Assembly (NCBI GenBank): GCA_963763775.1
Contig: CAVXPZ010000004.1
Span: 608,001 to 672,000, forward strand
Origin: an uncultured Chloroflexia bacterium
GTDB taxonomy: Bacteria > Chloroflexota > Limnocylindria > Limnocylindrales > CSP1-4
Length of the DNA stretch: 64,000 nucleotides
Direction: 5' to 3'
A model generated the notes under the pieces. The model ran no database searches. It was not told the origin of the DNA and saw nothing but the letters and a program-made list of their open reading frames with translations. Position numbers and translations under genes: made by a program. Positions 21,844 through 31,476 of this stretch are shown here, piece after piece (position 1 is the first letter of the stretch; the number at the start of each line of letters is the position of its first letter).

Positions 21844-22921
21844 ATGACGACGCTCGAGGCCCTCCCGCCGAACCCGATCCGCCTGACCGACCTCACCGAC
21901 TGCGGCGGCTGTGCCGCGAAACTGGGCGCCGATCTCCTCGCGGATGCGCTCAGCGGTCTCGGCGCGGAAGCGGCCGCGGACCCGGACGCGGCCCTGATCG
22001 CGGGGCTGAACCCGCCGGACGACGCCGCCGCCTACCGCGTCTCCGACGACCTCGCGATCATCGGCACGCTGGACTTCTTCCCACCCCTGGTCGACGACCC
22101 GCGGACGTTCGGCGAGATCGCCGCGGCCAATGCCTTGTCCGACGTCTTCGCGATGGGTGGCCGCGTGCTGTTCGCCCTCTCGATCGCGGCGTTCCCGGAG
22201 GAGCTACCGCGGGACGTGCTGGCGGAGATCTTCGGCGGGGCGTCCTCGAAGGTCCGCGAGGCCGGCGGGACGCTGGCCGGTGGCCACACGATCCGCGACC
22301 CGGAGCCCAAGTACGGGCTCGCGGTCGTCGGGGCGGCCCACCCGGATCGACTCCTCCGCAAGGGCGGCGCTCGGCCCGGCGACCAGCTCATCCTGACCAA
22401 GCGGCTCGGGACGGGCGTGCTCGTCTCGGGATCGCGTCAGGGCAAGACGCGGTCGGCGGATCTCGACGGCGCCATCGACCAGATGCGGACGCTCAACCGC
22501 GCCGCGTCCGAGGTCCTCGTGGCCGCGGGCATCGCGGCGGCAACGGACGTCACCGGGTTCGGGCTGCTCGGCCATGGGCTGGAGATGGCCCGAGGCGCGG
22601 GCGTCCGGTTCGTCTTCGAGGCTTCGGCCCTTCCGGCGCTGGACGGGGCGCTCGACGTCGCCGCGGCCGGCGTCGAGACCGGCGGGGCCGCCCACAACCG
22701 GCGGTTCGTGCTGCCGGCGCTGACGGTCGGGCCGGGCGTCCCGGCAGAGCATCGTCACGCTGGCGCACGACCCGCAGACCTCGGGCGGCCTGCTGGCGGC
22801 GATCGCGCCGGAGCGGCTCGCCGCCGTCGAGGCGGACCTCGACGCCCGCGGGGTCAGCCACTGGCGGATCGGGCACGTCGAAGCCGGTGACCCGGGCGTG
22901 GCACTCGTCCAGGCGGCCTGA
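21844..22921 (+). CDS. selD: Selenide, water dikinase (Cys form; frameshift near 22750)
   Basis: CGGCAAK, DDAA, TLDFF, ANALSDVFAMGG, GGHT, TDVTGFGL and DPQTSGGLL motifs. Confidence 0.95.
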
Positions 22922-22929
22922 CGATCGCG

Positions 22930-23664
22930 GTGGAGATCGCGACCGGCGTCCGGCGCATCGGGACCGGCCGCGTCAATGTCTACCTGATCGACGAACCCGG
23001 CGGGATCACGGTCGTCGATGCCGGGCTGCCGGCGTCATACGGCGATCTCATGACGGAGCTGGCCGCGATGGGCCGGTCCATCGCGGACGTGCGGGCGGTG
23101 GTGCTCACGCACGCCCACAGCGACCACATCGGGTTCGCCGAGCGCATCCGCCGCGACGACGGCGTCCCGATCGAGATCCACGAGGCCGATGCCGCGCTCG
23201 CGCGCGGCGAGGCGAAGCAGAAGAACGAGGGCGGCGGGCCGATGCGGCCGATCCCCCTCGTGTCGTTCCTGCTCTTCGCGATGCGCCGCGGGGGTCTGCG
23301 GACGCCACGGATCACGGAAGTCTCGACGTTCGGCGACGGGGCGACGCTCGACGTACCGGGCTCGCCCCGAGTGATCCACGTCCCCGGCCACACCGCCGGC
23401 AGTGCCGCGCTCCACCTGCCGGACCGTGACGCCATCGTGGTCGGCGATGCGTTCGTGACGCTCAACGTCATGAGCGGCTCCACCGGACCGCAGCTCTTCC
23501 CGAACTTCAACGCCGACAACCGTCAGGCGGTGGCCTCGCTCGCGCGCTTCGACGGGATCGAGGCCAGGCACGTCCTGCCCGGCCACGGCGAACCGTGGTC
23601 GGGAGGCATGTCGGAGGCCCTGCGCCTCGTCCGCGCGTCGATCCCCGAGGGCTTCGGCGCCTGA
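22930..23664 (+). CDS. MBL-fold metallo-hydrolase
   Basis: THAHSDHIG, PGHTAG, GDA and PGHG motifs. Confidence 0.9.
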   Translation: MEIATGVRRIGTGRVNVYLIDEPGGITVVDAGLPASYGDLMTELAAMGRSIADVRAVVLTHAHSDHIGFAERIRRDDGVPIEIHEADAALARGEAKQKNEGGGPMRPIPLVSFLLFAMRRGGLRTPRITEVSTFGDGATLDVPGSPRVIHVPGHTAGSAALHLPDRDAIVVGDAFVTLNVMSGSTGPQLFPNFNADNRQAVASLARFDGIEARHVLPGHGEPWSGGMSEALRLVRASIPEGFGA

Positions 23665-23667
23665 CGC

Positions 23668-24366
23668 CTAGGCCGTCGTCGCGTCGTCGTCGGCGAGGAG
23701 CCGGTACAGGTCGCGGCGCGCGTCGGTGAGGACCTTGCGGGCCGCGCCGTTCGCCGCCGGCGACCCGATGCGGGTCACCTGCATCGCGGCGATGCCGAGC
23801 TCACGGGCGAGCCCGCGAAGGTCGTCGCCGCCTTCGCGTCGGGTCCAGGCGGGCTCCGCCGGGATCGCGGCGGCGGCCGTCCGGCCAGCCTCGGTCAGCG
23901 CGAAGGTCTTGCGACCGTCGCGGTCCTCCACGACGACGAGGCCCTCGTCCTCGAGCTGCTGGAGCGTGGGGTAGACGGAACCCGCACTCGGGTTCCAGCG
24001 GCCGCCGCTCCGGGCGCCGAGTTCCTGCATGACCTGGTAGCCGTGCATCGGCTGCTCGGCGAGCAGGCCGAGGATGGCGTCGCGGATCGCGCCGCGGCGC
24101 ATCTGGAGCCGCACGCCGTGCGGCCGCGGTGGTCCGCCGTGACCCGGGCGACGGCCGCGGTCGCCGTGACGTCCTTCGTCGCGGTGTCCGCTGTCATCGT
24201 GGCCCGCGAGGCCGCGCATGCGGCGGCGCCCCGGGACCTCCACCGACAGGGCGAAGTCGGGCCGCCGTCGGCGCCCCGGCTCGCGAAGCCCTTCGGCGTC
24301 GATGGGGTGGTGGTGGATGGGATGCGGTCCGCCTCGATGCGGTCCGCGGTCGGTTCGGTCGATCAC
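23668..24366 (-). CDS. PadR family transcriptional regulator
   Basis: PMHGYQVMQEL and PSAGSVYPTLQQLEDEG motifs. Confidence 0.88.
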   Translation of the reverse strand: MIDRTDRGPHRGGPHPIHHHPIDAEGLREPGRRRRPDFALSVEVPGRRRMRGLAGHDDSGHRDEGRHGDRGRRPGHGGPPRPHGVRLQMRRGAIRDAILGLLAEQPMHGYQVMQELGARSGGRWNPSAGSVYPTLQQLEDEGLVVVEDRDGRKTFALTEAGRTAAAAIPAEPAWTRREGGDDLRGLARELGIAAMQVTRIGSPAANGAARKVLTDARRDLYRLLADDDATTA

Positions 24367-24421
24367 TCGTTGATCTCTCTCTGTTGGATGTGCGGCGACT
24401 CGCACGTGGTTCATGTCGCGC

Positions 24422-24454
24422 TATCACGATATATCGAGATACATCGATTGTCAA
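24422..24454 (-). promoter_or_regulatory. Sigma70-type promoter of padR with an overlapping palindromic operator
   Basis: Minus-strand TTGACA-N17-TATCGT; palindrome tatcacgatatatcgagata at 24422..24441. Confidence 0.75.
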
Positions 24455-24515
24455 TGCCCGTTTCATGTGGGCGAACGGCCCTCCCCCGCCTCACCGCAGA
24501 CGCTACCGTGGCGCC

Positions 24516-25025
24516 ATGCACCCGGATCCAAGCGACGAGCAGCCGACCGAGCGCGCGACGCGGGTCGACGGTGCCCGGTTCGGTCACGTGAATGTGACCT
24601 CTCATGACTGGCGACGTCTCGCCAGGTTCTACGCCGATGTCTTCGGGATGGAACCCGTGGGTCCGGAGCGGGACATCGCCGGCGCCGACCTCGACCGGGC
24701 GACCGGTCTCGTCGGGGCCCACCTTCGCGGGATCCACCTTCGCCTGCCGGGTGGCGGCAACGATGGACCCACTCTCGAGATCTTCAGCTACGACACCATG
24801 GCGCCCGACCCGGGGCCGCCCACGCCCGACCGGGCCGGCTGGGGCCACATCGCCTTGATGGTCGCGGACGTGGCCGCCGCCCGCGACGCCGTGATCGCCG
24901 CCGGCGGCGCGACCGCCGGTGATGCCGTCACCATGGCGACGAAGGATGGCCGCCGCCTGACGTGGTGCTACGTCAAGGACCCGGACGACAACCTCCTCGA
25001 GCTCCAGACCTGGCACGCCGACTGA
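24516..25025 (+). CDS. VOC/glyoxalase family protein
   Basis: FGHVNV, FYADVFG, GHIAL and DPDDNLLELQ motifs. Confidence 0.88.
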   Translation: MHPDPSDEQPTERATRVDGARFGHVNVTSHDWRRLARFYADVFGMEPVGPERDIAGADLDRATGLVGAHLRGIHLRLPGGGNDGPTLEIFSYDTMAPDPGPPTPDRAGWGHIALMVADVAAARDAVIAAGGATAGDAVTMATKDGRRLTWCYVKDPDDNLLELQTWHAD

Positions 25026-25101
25026 CGATGGACCTCGGTGCAGCCCGGCGGATCCCTCCGGCGCTACACTCGGCGGGTCGTCGCTCCGCAGGAGGCCACC
25101 C

Positions 25102-27015
25102 GTGGCGAAACCCTACGTTCGACTGACCCAGCCCCTCGTCCGCGACACGAAGGGCGGCGAGTTGCGTCCCGCGACCTGGGACGAAGCGCTCGCTCGGACC
25201 GTCGCCGGGTTCGAGGCCGCGAAGGCGGCCCACGGCCCGACGACATTCGGCACCTTCAGCTGCTCGAAGGCGACCAACGAGGTCAACTTCGCGGCACAGA
25301 AGTTCAGCCGAACGGTCCTGGGCAGTAACAACATCGACAGCTGCAACCGGACCTGACACGCCCCGAGCGTCGCCGGTCTGGCGACCGTCTTCGGTGCCGG
25401 TGGCGGCACAAGTTCATATCGTGAGGTCGAGGACACCGATCTGATCGTCCTCTGGGGCAGCAATGCCCGCGAGACGCATCCGATCTTCTTCCACCACGTG
25501 CTGCGCGGCATCAACAACGGTGCCCGCCTCTACGCGGTCGACCCACGGCGCACGTCGTCCGCCGAATGGGCCGATGGATGGCTCGGGCTGGACGTCGGCT
25601 CGGATATCGCGCTCGCCAACGCGATCGGGCGCGAGATCATCGCGGCCGGATTGGAGAACCGCGAGTTCATCGACCGTGCGACCGTCGACTTCGAGGCGTA
25701 CAAAGCCAAGGTCGAGTCCTACACGCTCGAGTACGCCGAGCGCGAGACCGGCGTCCCCGCCGAGTCGATCCGCGAGCTCGCGCATGCCTTCGCGACCGCG
25801 CCGCGGGCCATGATCTGCTGGACGCTCGGGATCACCGAGCACCACAACGCCGTCGACAACGTCCTCGCGCTCATCTCGCTCGTCCTGCTGACCGGCCACG
25901 TCGGCCGCTACGGGAGCGGCGTCAACCCACTCCGCGGCCAGAACAACGTCCAGGGCGGCGGCGACATGGGCGCCCTCCCCGACCGGCTGCCCGGCTTCCA
26001 GCACGTGGAGAACGACGAGCTGCGGGCCAAGTTCGATGCCGAGTGGGGCGTCCCGGTCCCGCCGCAGCGCGGCTGGCATCTCTCGGGCATGTTCGATGCG
26101 ATGGAGCGCGGCGATCTGACGGCCGTGTACTGCATCGGCGAGAACCCCGTCCAGTCCGAGGCCGACCAGAAGCGCGCCATCGCCCTCCTCGAAGGCCTCG
26201 ACTTCCTCGTGGTCCAGGACCTGTTCCTCACCAAGACGGCAGCCCTGGCCGACGTGGTCCTGCCCGCGACGGCGGCCTGGGCCGAGAGCGACGGCACGGT
26301 CACGAACTCCGAGCGGCGAGTCCAGCGCGTGCGGGCCGCCGTGGCACCGCCCGAGGGCGCGCGTGACGATCTCGCGATCGTCTTCGACCTCGCCAACCGG
26401 ATGGGCGCGGCCTGGGGCGACGCGGACCCCGAGAAGGTGTGGGACGAGGTCCGGCGGCTGTCCCCGGTCCATGCCGGGATGAGCTACGAGCGCCTCGAGC
26501 GCGAGGGCGGGCTCCAGTGGCCGTGCTACGACCTCGACCATCCGGGCGAGATGTTCCTGCACAGCCGCCTTTGGGAGGACCCGGTGCCCGGCAACCGCGT
26601 GCCGTTCGTCCCGGTCGACCACGATCCGCCGGTCGACCGCCTCGACGCGGACTTCCCGATCCGCCTGACGACCGGTCGCCGGCTCGACTCGTACAACACC
26701 GGCGTCCAGACGGCGGGCTACACGTCGCCGCTGCGACGCGGCGAGTCGCTGGACATCTCGCCGGAGGATGCCGCGCGGATCGGGCTCGTCGACGGCGAGG
26801 TGGTCCGGGTCGTGTCGCGACGTGGCCAGGTCGAGGTGGGCATCCGGATCGACGAGTCGCTGCGTCCGGGGCTGACCTTCATGACGATGCATTTCCAGGA
26901 CGAGGTCGCGGTCAACCTCCTGACGATCGACGCCACGGACCCGAAGTCGGGCACGGCCGAGTTCAAGGCCACGGCCATCCGCATCGAGAAGCTCGCGACG
27001 CCGATCCCCGCCTGA
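25102..27015 (+). CDS. fdhA: Selenocysteine-containing formate dehydrogenase catalytic (Mo/W-bisPGD) subunit
   Basis: ORFs 25102..25356 and 25498..27015 share a frame, joined by in-frame TGA 25354..25356 in SCNRT-U-HAPSVAGL; also PLRGQNNVQG and TAEFK motifs. Confidence 0.95.
25357..25385 (+). promoter_or_regulatory. Bacterial SECIS element
   Basis: Stem gtcgccg/tggcgac with a G-initiated loop about 19 nt after the UGA. Confidence 0.8.
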
Positions 27016-27109
27016 GCGGCGCGCATGTTCACACGGCGCTGATGTGAGGCGCCGGCTCCGGTGAGACCATGGTGACGTCCGGACTCGGACGACCGCAGAT
27101 CGAGGAGCC

Positions 27110-27433
27110 ATGATGGCCAAGTACCTGTTCCACGGTTCGTACACGCAGACCGGCATCCAGGGCGTGCTCAAGGATGGCGGGACGGGTCGGCGCAAGGCCG
27201 TGGACGCGCTCGCCGCGAGCCTGGGCGGCCGCGTCGAGTCCATGTACTGGGCCTTCGGCTCGGATGACTTCTACGTCATCGCCGACCTCCCCGACCATGC
27301 CACCGCGGCCGCACTGGCCGCCACCACCGGCGGCACCGGCGCCGTGAGCATCAGCACGGTCGTGCTGCTGACCGCCGAAGACCTCGATGCGGCGGTCAAG
27401 CTCCATCCCGACTATCGAGCGCCGGGCGCCTGA
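27110..27433 (+). CDS. GYD domain protein
   Basis: GGRVESMYWAFGSDDFYVIADLPD. Confidence 0.8.
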   Translation: MMAKYLFHGSYTQTGIQGVLKDGGTGRRKAVDALAASLGGRVESMYWAFGSDDFYVIADLPDHATAAALAATTGGTGAVSISTVVLLTAEDLDAAVKLHPDYRAPGA

Positions 27434-27435
27434 CG

Positions 27436-28433
27436 TTGGCGCCGGCCCTCGCCCACGACCTTCGCGAGGTCGACGCCGTCGAGGCGACGATCCTCGTCGA
27501 CAGCTCGATCGACATCCTGTTGCCGTCGGGCGGGCCGGCCCGACGGCCGCCGCTGGCCGAGGACTGGTCGGAACGCGATCAGCTCCGGGCGGAACACGGC
27601 TACGGCCTGCTACTCCGGACGCGGACCGGCGACACGTGGCGGACCGTGCTCTACGACGTCGGCCTCGGGCGTGACACGCTGCTCTGGAATGCCGCCATCC
27701 TCGGCTCGACCTGACGGCCGCCGAGGCCATCGTCGTCAGCCACGGCCACGCCGACCATCACGGCGGCCTCGAGGGCGCGGTCCGGTCCCGCGGGCGCGGC
27801 GGGCTCCCGATCGTGCTGCACCCCGACGCGCTCCTCGATCGGCGCGTCGTCTTCCCGACCGGGGTGACGATCTCGATGCCGCCACCGTCCACGAACGACG
27901 TCGAGCGAGAAGGTGGCCGCGTCCTCGCGGAGCCGGGACCGTCACTCTGGGCGGACGACTCGATGCTGGTGTCCGGCCAGGTGGCGAGGACGACCGACTT
28001 CGAGAGGGGCTTCCCGCTCCAGCAGCGCCGGGACGGCGACGGCTGGACGCCCGACACCTGGATCTGGGACGACCAGAACGTGGTCGTCAACGTCCGCGGT
28101 CGCGGGCTCGTGGTGTTCAGCAGCTGCTCGCACGCCGGATCGGTGAACGTGCTCCGAAACGCGGTCGCGACGACGGGCGTGGAGCGAGTCCATGCGTTCG
28201 TCGGCGGGATGCACCTGACGGGCGGGCTGTTCGAATCCATCATCCCGGCTACCCTCGATGCCATCGAGACGATCGGTCCGGACTACGTCGTCCCCGGGCA
28301 CTGCACCGGGTATCGCGCACTGGCCGAGATCGTGACCCGATTCCCGGAGCGGTACATCGCCTCGTCGGTCGGGACCCGGCTGACCTTCGAGGCACCGCGA
28401 GCGACAGCCGACGAATTCACCCGGTCGGGGTGA
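27436..28433 (+). CDS. MBL-fold hydrolase, COG1237-like (frameshift near 27705)
   Basis: AEHG, SHGHADH, CSHAG, GGMHL and PGHCTG motifs. Confidence 0.8.
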
Positions 28434-28485
28434 CGCCACCCGGGCCTCGGCCCGACACTATCTGCGTACGGAGGTGATATCGACC

Positions 28486-29437
28486 ATGGCAACCAAGCCG
28501 CGCTCCACGACCAAGACCACGGCCGCGAAGGCGAAGGCGCCCGCGGCGAAGGCCAAGCCCGCCAGCACGAAGGCGAAGCCCGCCACCGCCAAGGCGACCG
28601 CGAAGACGACCGCCAAGACGACCGCCAAGACCGCGAGGCGATCCGCCGCGCAGGACACGGCCGAGATGGCCGAGGCCGTCTCGAAGGCCGAAGCTCGCGA
28701 CGGTGCCCGGCGCGTCGTCGCCGGCATGGACGTCGTCGAGGCCGCTGCCGGCGCGGCGGCCGCGGGCCGCGAGATCACCATCGAGGGCGCCGAGGACCTG
28801 ACGCGAGGGGCCGACCAGGTGGCCGTCGCTGAGCGCGTGTCCGCCCTGAGCGACGTGGTCGCGGCGGCTGGGATCACCGATGTCGCCGAGGGTGCCGAGC
28901 TCGTCTCGACGTCCGAGGACATCGCGCTGCTCGGCGCCGTGGTCGGGGCCATCAGCGAGGACGACCTCGAACGCGGACTGGAGATCGCGCGGGTCGGCGG
29001 CGAGCTCAACGCCGCCTCGGCTGTCGTGGCGCGCATCGGCATGCCCGTGCTCGCCGCGTTCCTCGCCGATCGCGGCGACCAACTGCTCGGCGTGTCCGTG
29101 GACACGATCGTCCGAGCCGGCGGCACACGGGCCATCGCCCGCGCGCTCGGCCGAGACCAGCGACAAGGTCCAGGCGCTCGGCGAGCTCGAGGAGGCCGAG
29201 GGCATCGTCCGCCTGGCCGCCGCCGAAGGCCTCGCCGAGCGGAGCGAGGAGCTGGCCGATTCCGGCGCCGCACTCGCCTATCAGGGGTACGAAGAGGTCC
29301 AGGTCGGCGAGGCCGTCCGCGAGACCGCGGTCGAGGTCGGCGCGGCCGGGCTGGCCGAGGCCGGCGAGGGCATGGAGGAGATCGGCTCCGCCGGCGCCCT
29401 CGAAGACGTCTCGAAGCAGCTCAAGCGCAAGAAGTAG
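28486..29437 (+). CDS. Hypothetical protein with a Lys/Ala/Thr-rich histone H1-like N-terminus (frameshift near 29150)
   Basis: SD ggaggtg; AKAKAPAAKAKP repeats followed by an acidic, Ala-rich helical domain. Confidence 0.7.
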
Positions 29438-29452
29438 CGTTCGGGTCCATCG

Positions 29453-29911
29453 ATGCCGATGGATCCCGGGACGACCGGGGACGGACTCGTCGTCGTCGGT
29501 CCTGACGGCGGCGACGCCTTCCCGAGCCTCGACGTCGTGCGCAAGGCGACAGCCGCCGCGACGGGCGGCTGGGGTGTCGTCGTCGTGACCGGCTACCCCG
29601 GCGAGGGCGGGACGACGCATGCTCATGACGGCGAGGCGGAGGCGTTCTTCGTCCTCGATGGCCCGATCGACCTGCTCGGCGCCGAGAGCGTCACGCGCCT
29701 GGAGACTGGGTCGTTCGTGCTGGTCCCGCCAGGGGTCGAGCACGGCCTCCGCATGGTCGGCGACGGCGTCTCACGCTGGCTCGCGATCTGGCCCTCGGCC
29801 CTCGACGGGTTCCCGGAGGCCGCCGAAGCCGCAGCGGCAGACGACGTCGGGCCGGAAGCCCTGGCCGCCCTGCGCGGCCGCCACGGGATCATCCCAGGCC
29901 GGATCCGATAG
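29453..29911 (+). CDS. Cupin domain protein
   Basis: HAHDGEAEAFFVLDG and VPPGVEH motifs. Confidence 0.75.
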   Translation: MPMDPGTTGDGLVVVGPDGGDAFPSLDVVRKATAAATGGWGVVVVTGYPGEGGTTHAHDGEAEAFFVLDGPIDLLGAESVTRLETGSFVLVPPGVEHGLRMVGDGVSRWLAIWPSALDGFPEAAEAAAADDVGPEALAALRGRHGIIPGRIR

Positions 29912-29932
29912 CCGCGATCCGTTTCGCCCGCC

Positions 29933-30610
29933 TCAGTCGACGCCGCGCTCGATGAGGCCGGACTCGTAGGCGAAGATCACCGCCTCGACGCGGTCGCGGA
30001 CGCCGAGTTTCGAGAACAGGCTCGAGACGTGCGTCTTGACGGTCGCCTCGCCGATGACCAGCCGATCGGCGATGTCCGCGTTCGAGAGCCCGCGCGCGAC
30101 CAGCACGAGGACCTCACGCTCGCGCGCCGAGAGGCGTTCGAGGGCGCGTCGGGCGTCCGTTGGAGCCATCCGGGTCGCGAACGAGTCGATCACCCGACGG
30201 GTCACCGACGGCGAAAGGAGCGCGTCCCCGCGAGCGACCACCCGGATCGCCTCCACGAGGTCATCAGCCGGGGCGTTCTTCAGGAGGAAGCCACTCGCGC
30301 CCGCCTGGAGGGCCCCGAACACGTACTCGTCGACATCGAAGGTGGTAAGCACGATCACGCGTGGCCCTTCGCCGGTCGCCACGATCCGCCGAGTCGCCTC
30401 GATGCCGTCGAGCCCGGGCATCTGGACGTCCATCAACACGATGTCGGGCCGCCGCCAGTGCACGACCTCGACGGCCTCGACGCCCGTCCCCGCCTCGCCG
30501 ACCACCTCGATGCCCGGCTCGGACTCGAGGAGGAGCCGGAGACCGGACCGGATCATGGCCTGGTCGTCGACGAGGACGACCCGGATCTTGTCGTGAGTCT
30601 CCTGGGTCAC
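29933..30610 (-). CDS. NarL/LuxR family response regulator
   Basis: VLVDDQ, LMDVQMP and LSAREREV...TVKTHV motifs. Confidence 0.93.
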   Translation of the reverse strand: MTQETHDKIRVVLVDDQAMIRSGLRLLLESEPGIEVVGEAGTGVEAVEVVHWRRPDIVLMDVQMPGLDGIEATRRIVATGEGPRVIVLTTFDVDEYVFGALQAGASGFLLKNAPADDLVEAIRVVARGDALLSPSVTRRVIDSFATRMAPTDARRALERLSAREREVLVLVARGLSNADIADRLVIGEATVKTHVSSLFSKLGVRDRVEAVIFAYESGLIERGVD

Positions 30611-31467
30611 GTCGGCCGCCTCGCCGCTGCCTCGACGGCGCCCGGAGCCGCTGGAGCGCCATCGATCGGGATGCGCGCGCGCACGTCGAAACCGCCGTCC
30701 GGGGTCGGGCCGGCGTCGAGCGCCCCACCGAAGACCGCGACGCGTTCACGCATCCCGCGGAGCCCGAACCCGGGACCCGCGCCGACGTCCGAGGCTCGAC
30801 CGGTCGAGTTCGCGACACGGACGACGAGGACCCGATCGACGACCCTGATCTCCCCGTCGACGCGTGCCCCGGCCGCGTGGCGGACCGCGTTGGTCAGCGC
30901 CTCCTGGACGATCCGGTACGCGACCTGGCCGATCGCGCGATCCGCCTGGATGGCGCTCACCGACGGATCCACCGCGATGGTGGCGTCGAGGCCGGCCGTG
31001 CGGAAGTCGTCGATCAGCGCCGGGAGATCCGCAAGGCCCGGGTCCGGGGCCATCGGCCGGGCGTCGTCCGGCGCTCGGAGCGCCTCGAGCATGCGCCGCA
31101 GGTCGGCGTTCGCGCCGCGAGCCGCCTCCTCGACATGGCCGAGCGCGGCTCGGGCGGCGGCGGGGTCTCGCTCCATGGCGCGGGCGGCCGCGGCCGCTTG
31201 CAGACCGATCGCGGCCACTTTCGACGCGACCGTGTCGTGGAGGTCACGCGCGATCTCGATCCGCCGCTGCAACAGCTCCTCGCGGATGGCCGCGTCGCGT
31301 CGCTCGCGACGGCGGATCACGACCCAGACGAAGACGCCCGTGACGAGGCCGAGGCTGATGCCGCGGAGCAGCCCGTCCTCGTCGGTGCCCCATTGCCAGA
31401 GCGACACCGCGAGCACGGCCAGGCCGACGATCGCCGGCACGGCGGGAGCAGGGACACGGCGGTCCAT
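30607..31467 (-). CDS. HisKA_3 sensor histidine kinase
   Basis: IARDLHD, QEALTNAVRHA and GFGLRGMRER motifs. Confidence 0.9.
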   Translation of the reverse strand: MDRRVPAPAVPAIVGLAVLAVSLWQWGTDEDGLLRGISLGLVTGVFVWVVIRRRERRDAAIREELLQRRIEIARDLHDTVASKVAAIGLQAAAAARAMERDPAAARAALGHVEEAARGANADLRRMLEALRAPDDARPMAPDPGLADLPALIDDFRTAGLDATIAVDPSVSAIQADRAIGQVAYRIVQEALTNAVRHAAGARVDGEIRVVDRVLVVRVANSTGRASDVGAGPGFGLRGMRERVAVFGGALDAGPTPDGGFDVRARIPIDGAPAAPGAVEAAARRPT

Positions 31468-31476
31468 CGAGGTAGC

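Noticed and set aside
21901-21921. SelD as a selenoprotein
   Set aside because: The active-site codons are TGC and TGT (CGGCAAK), with no UGA.
27700-27716. Second Sec codon at the TGA ending ORF 27436..27714
   Set aside because: The downstream homology is in another frame, so this is a simple indel.
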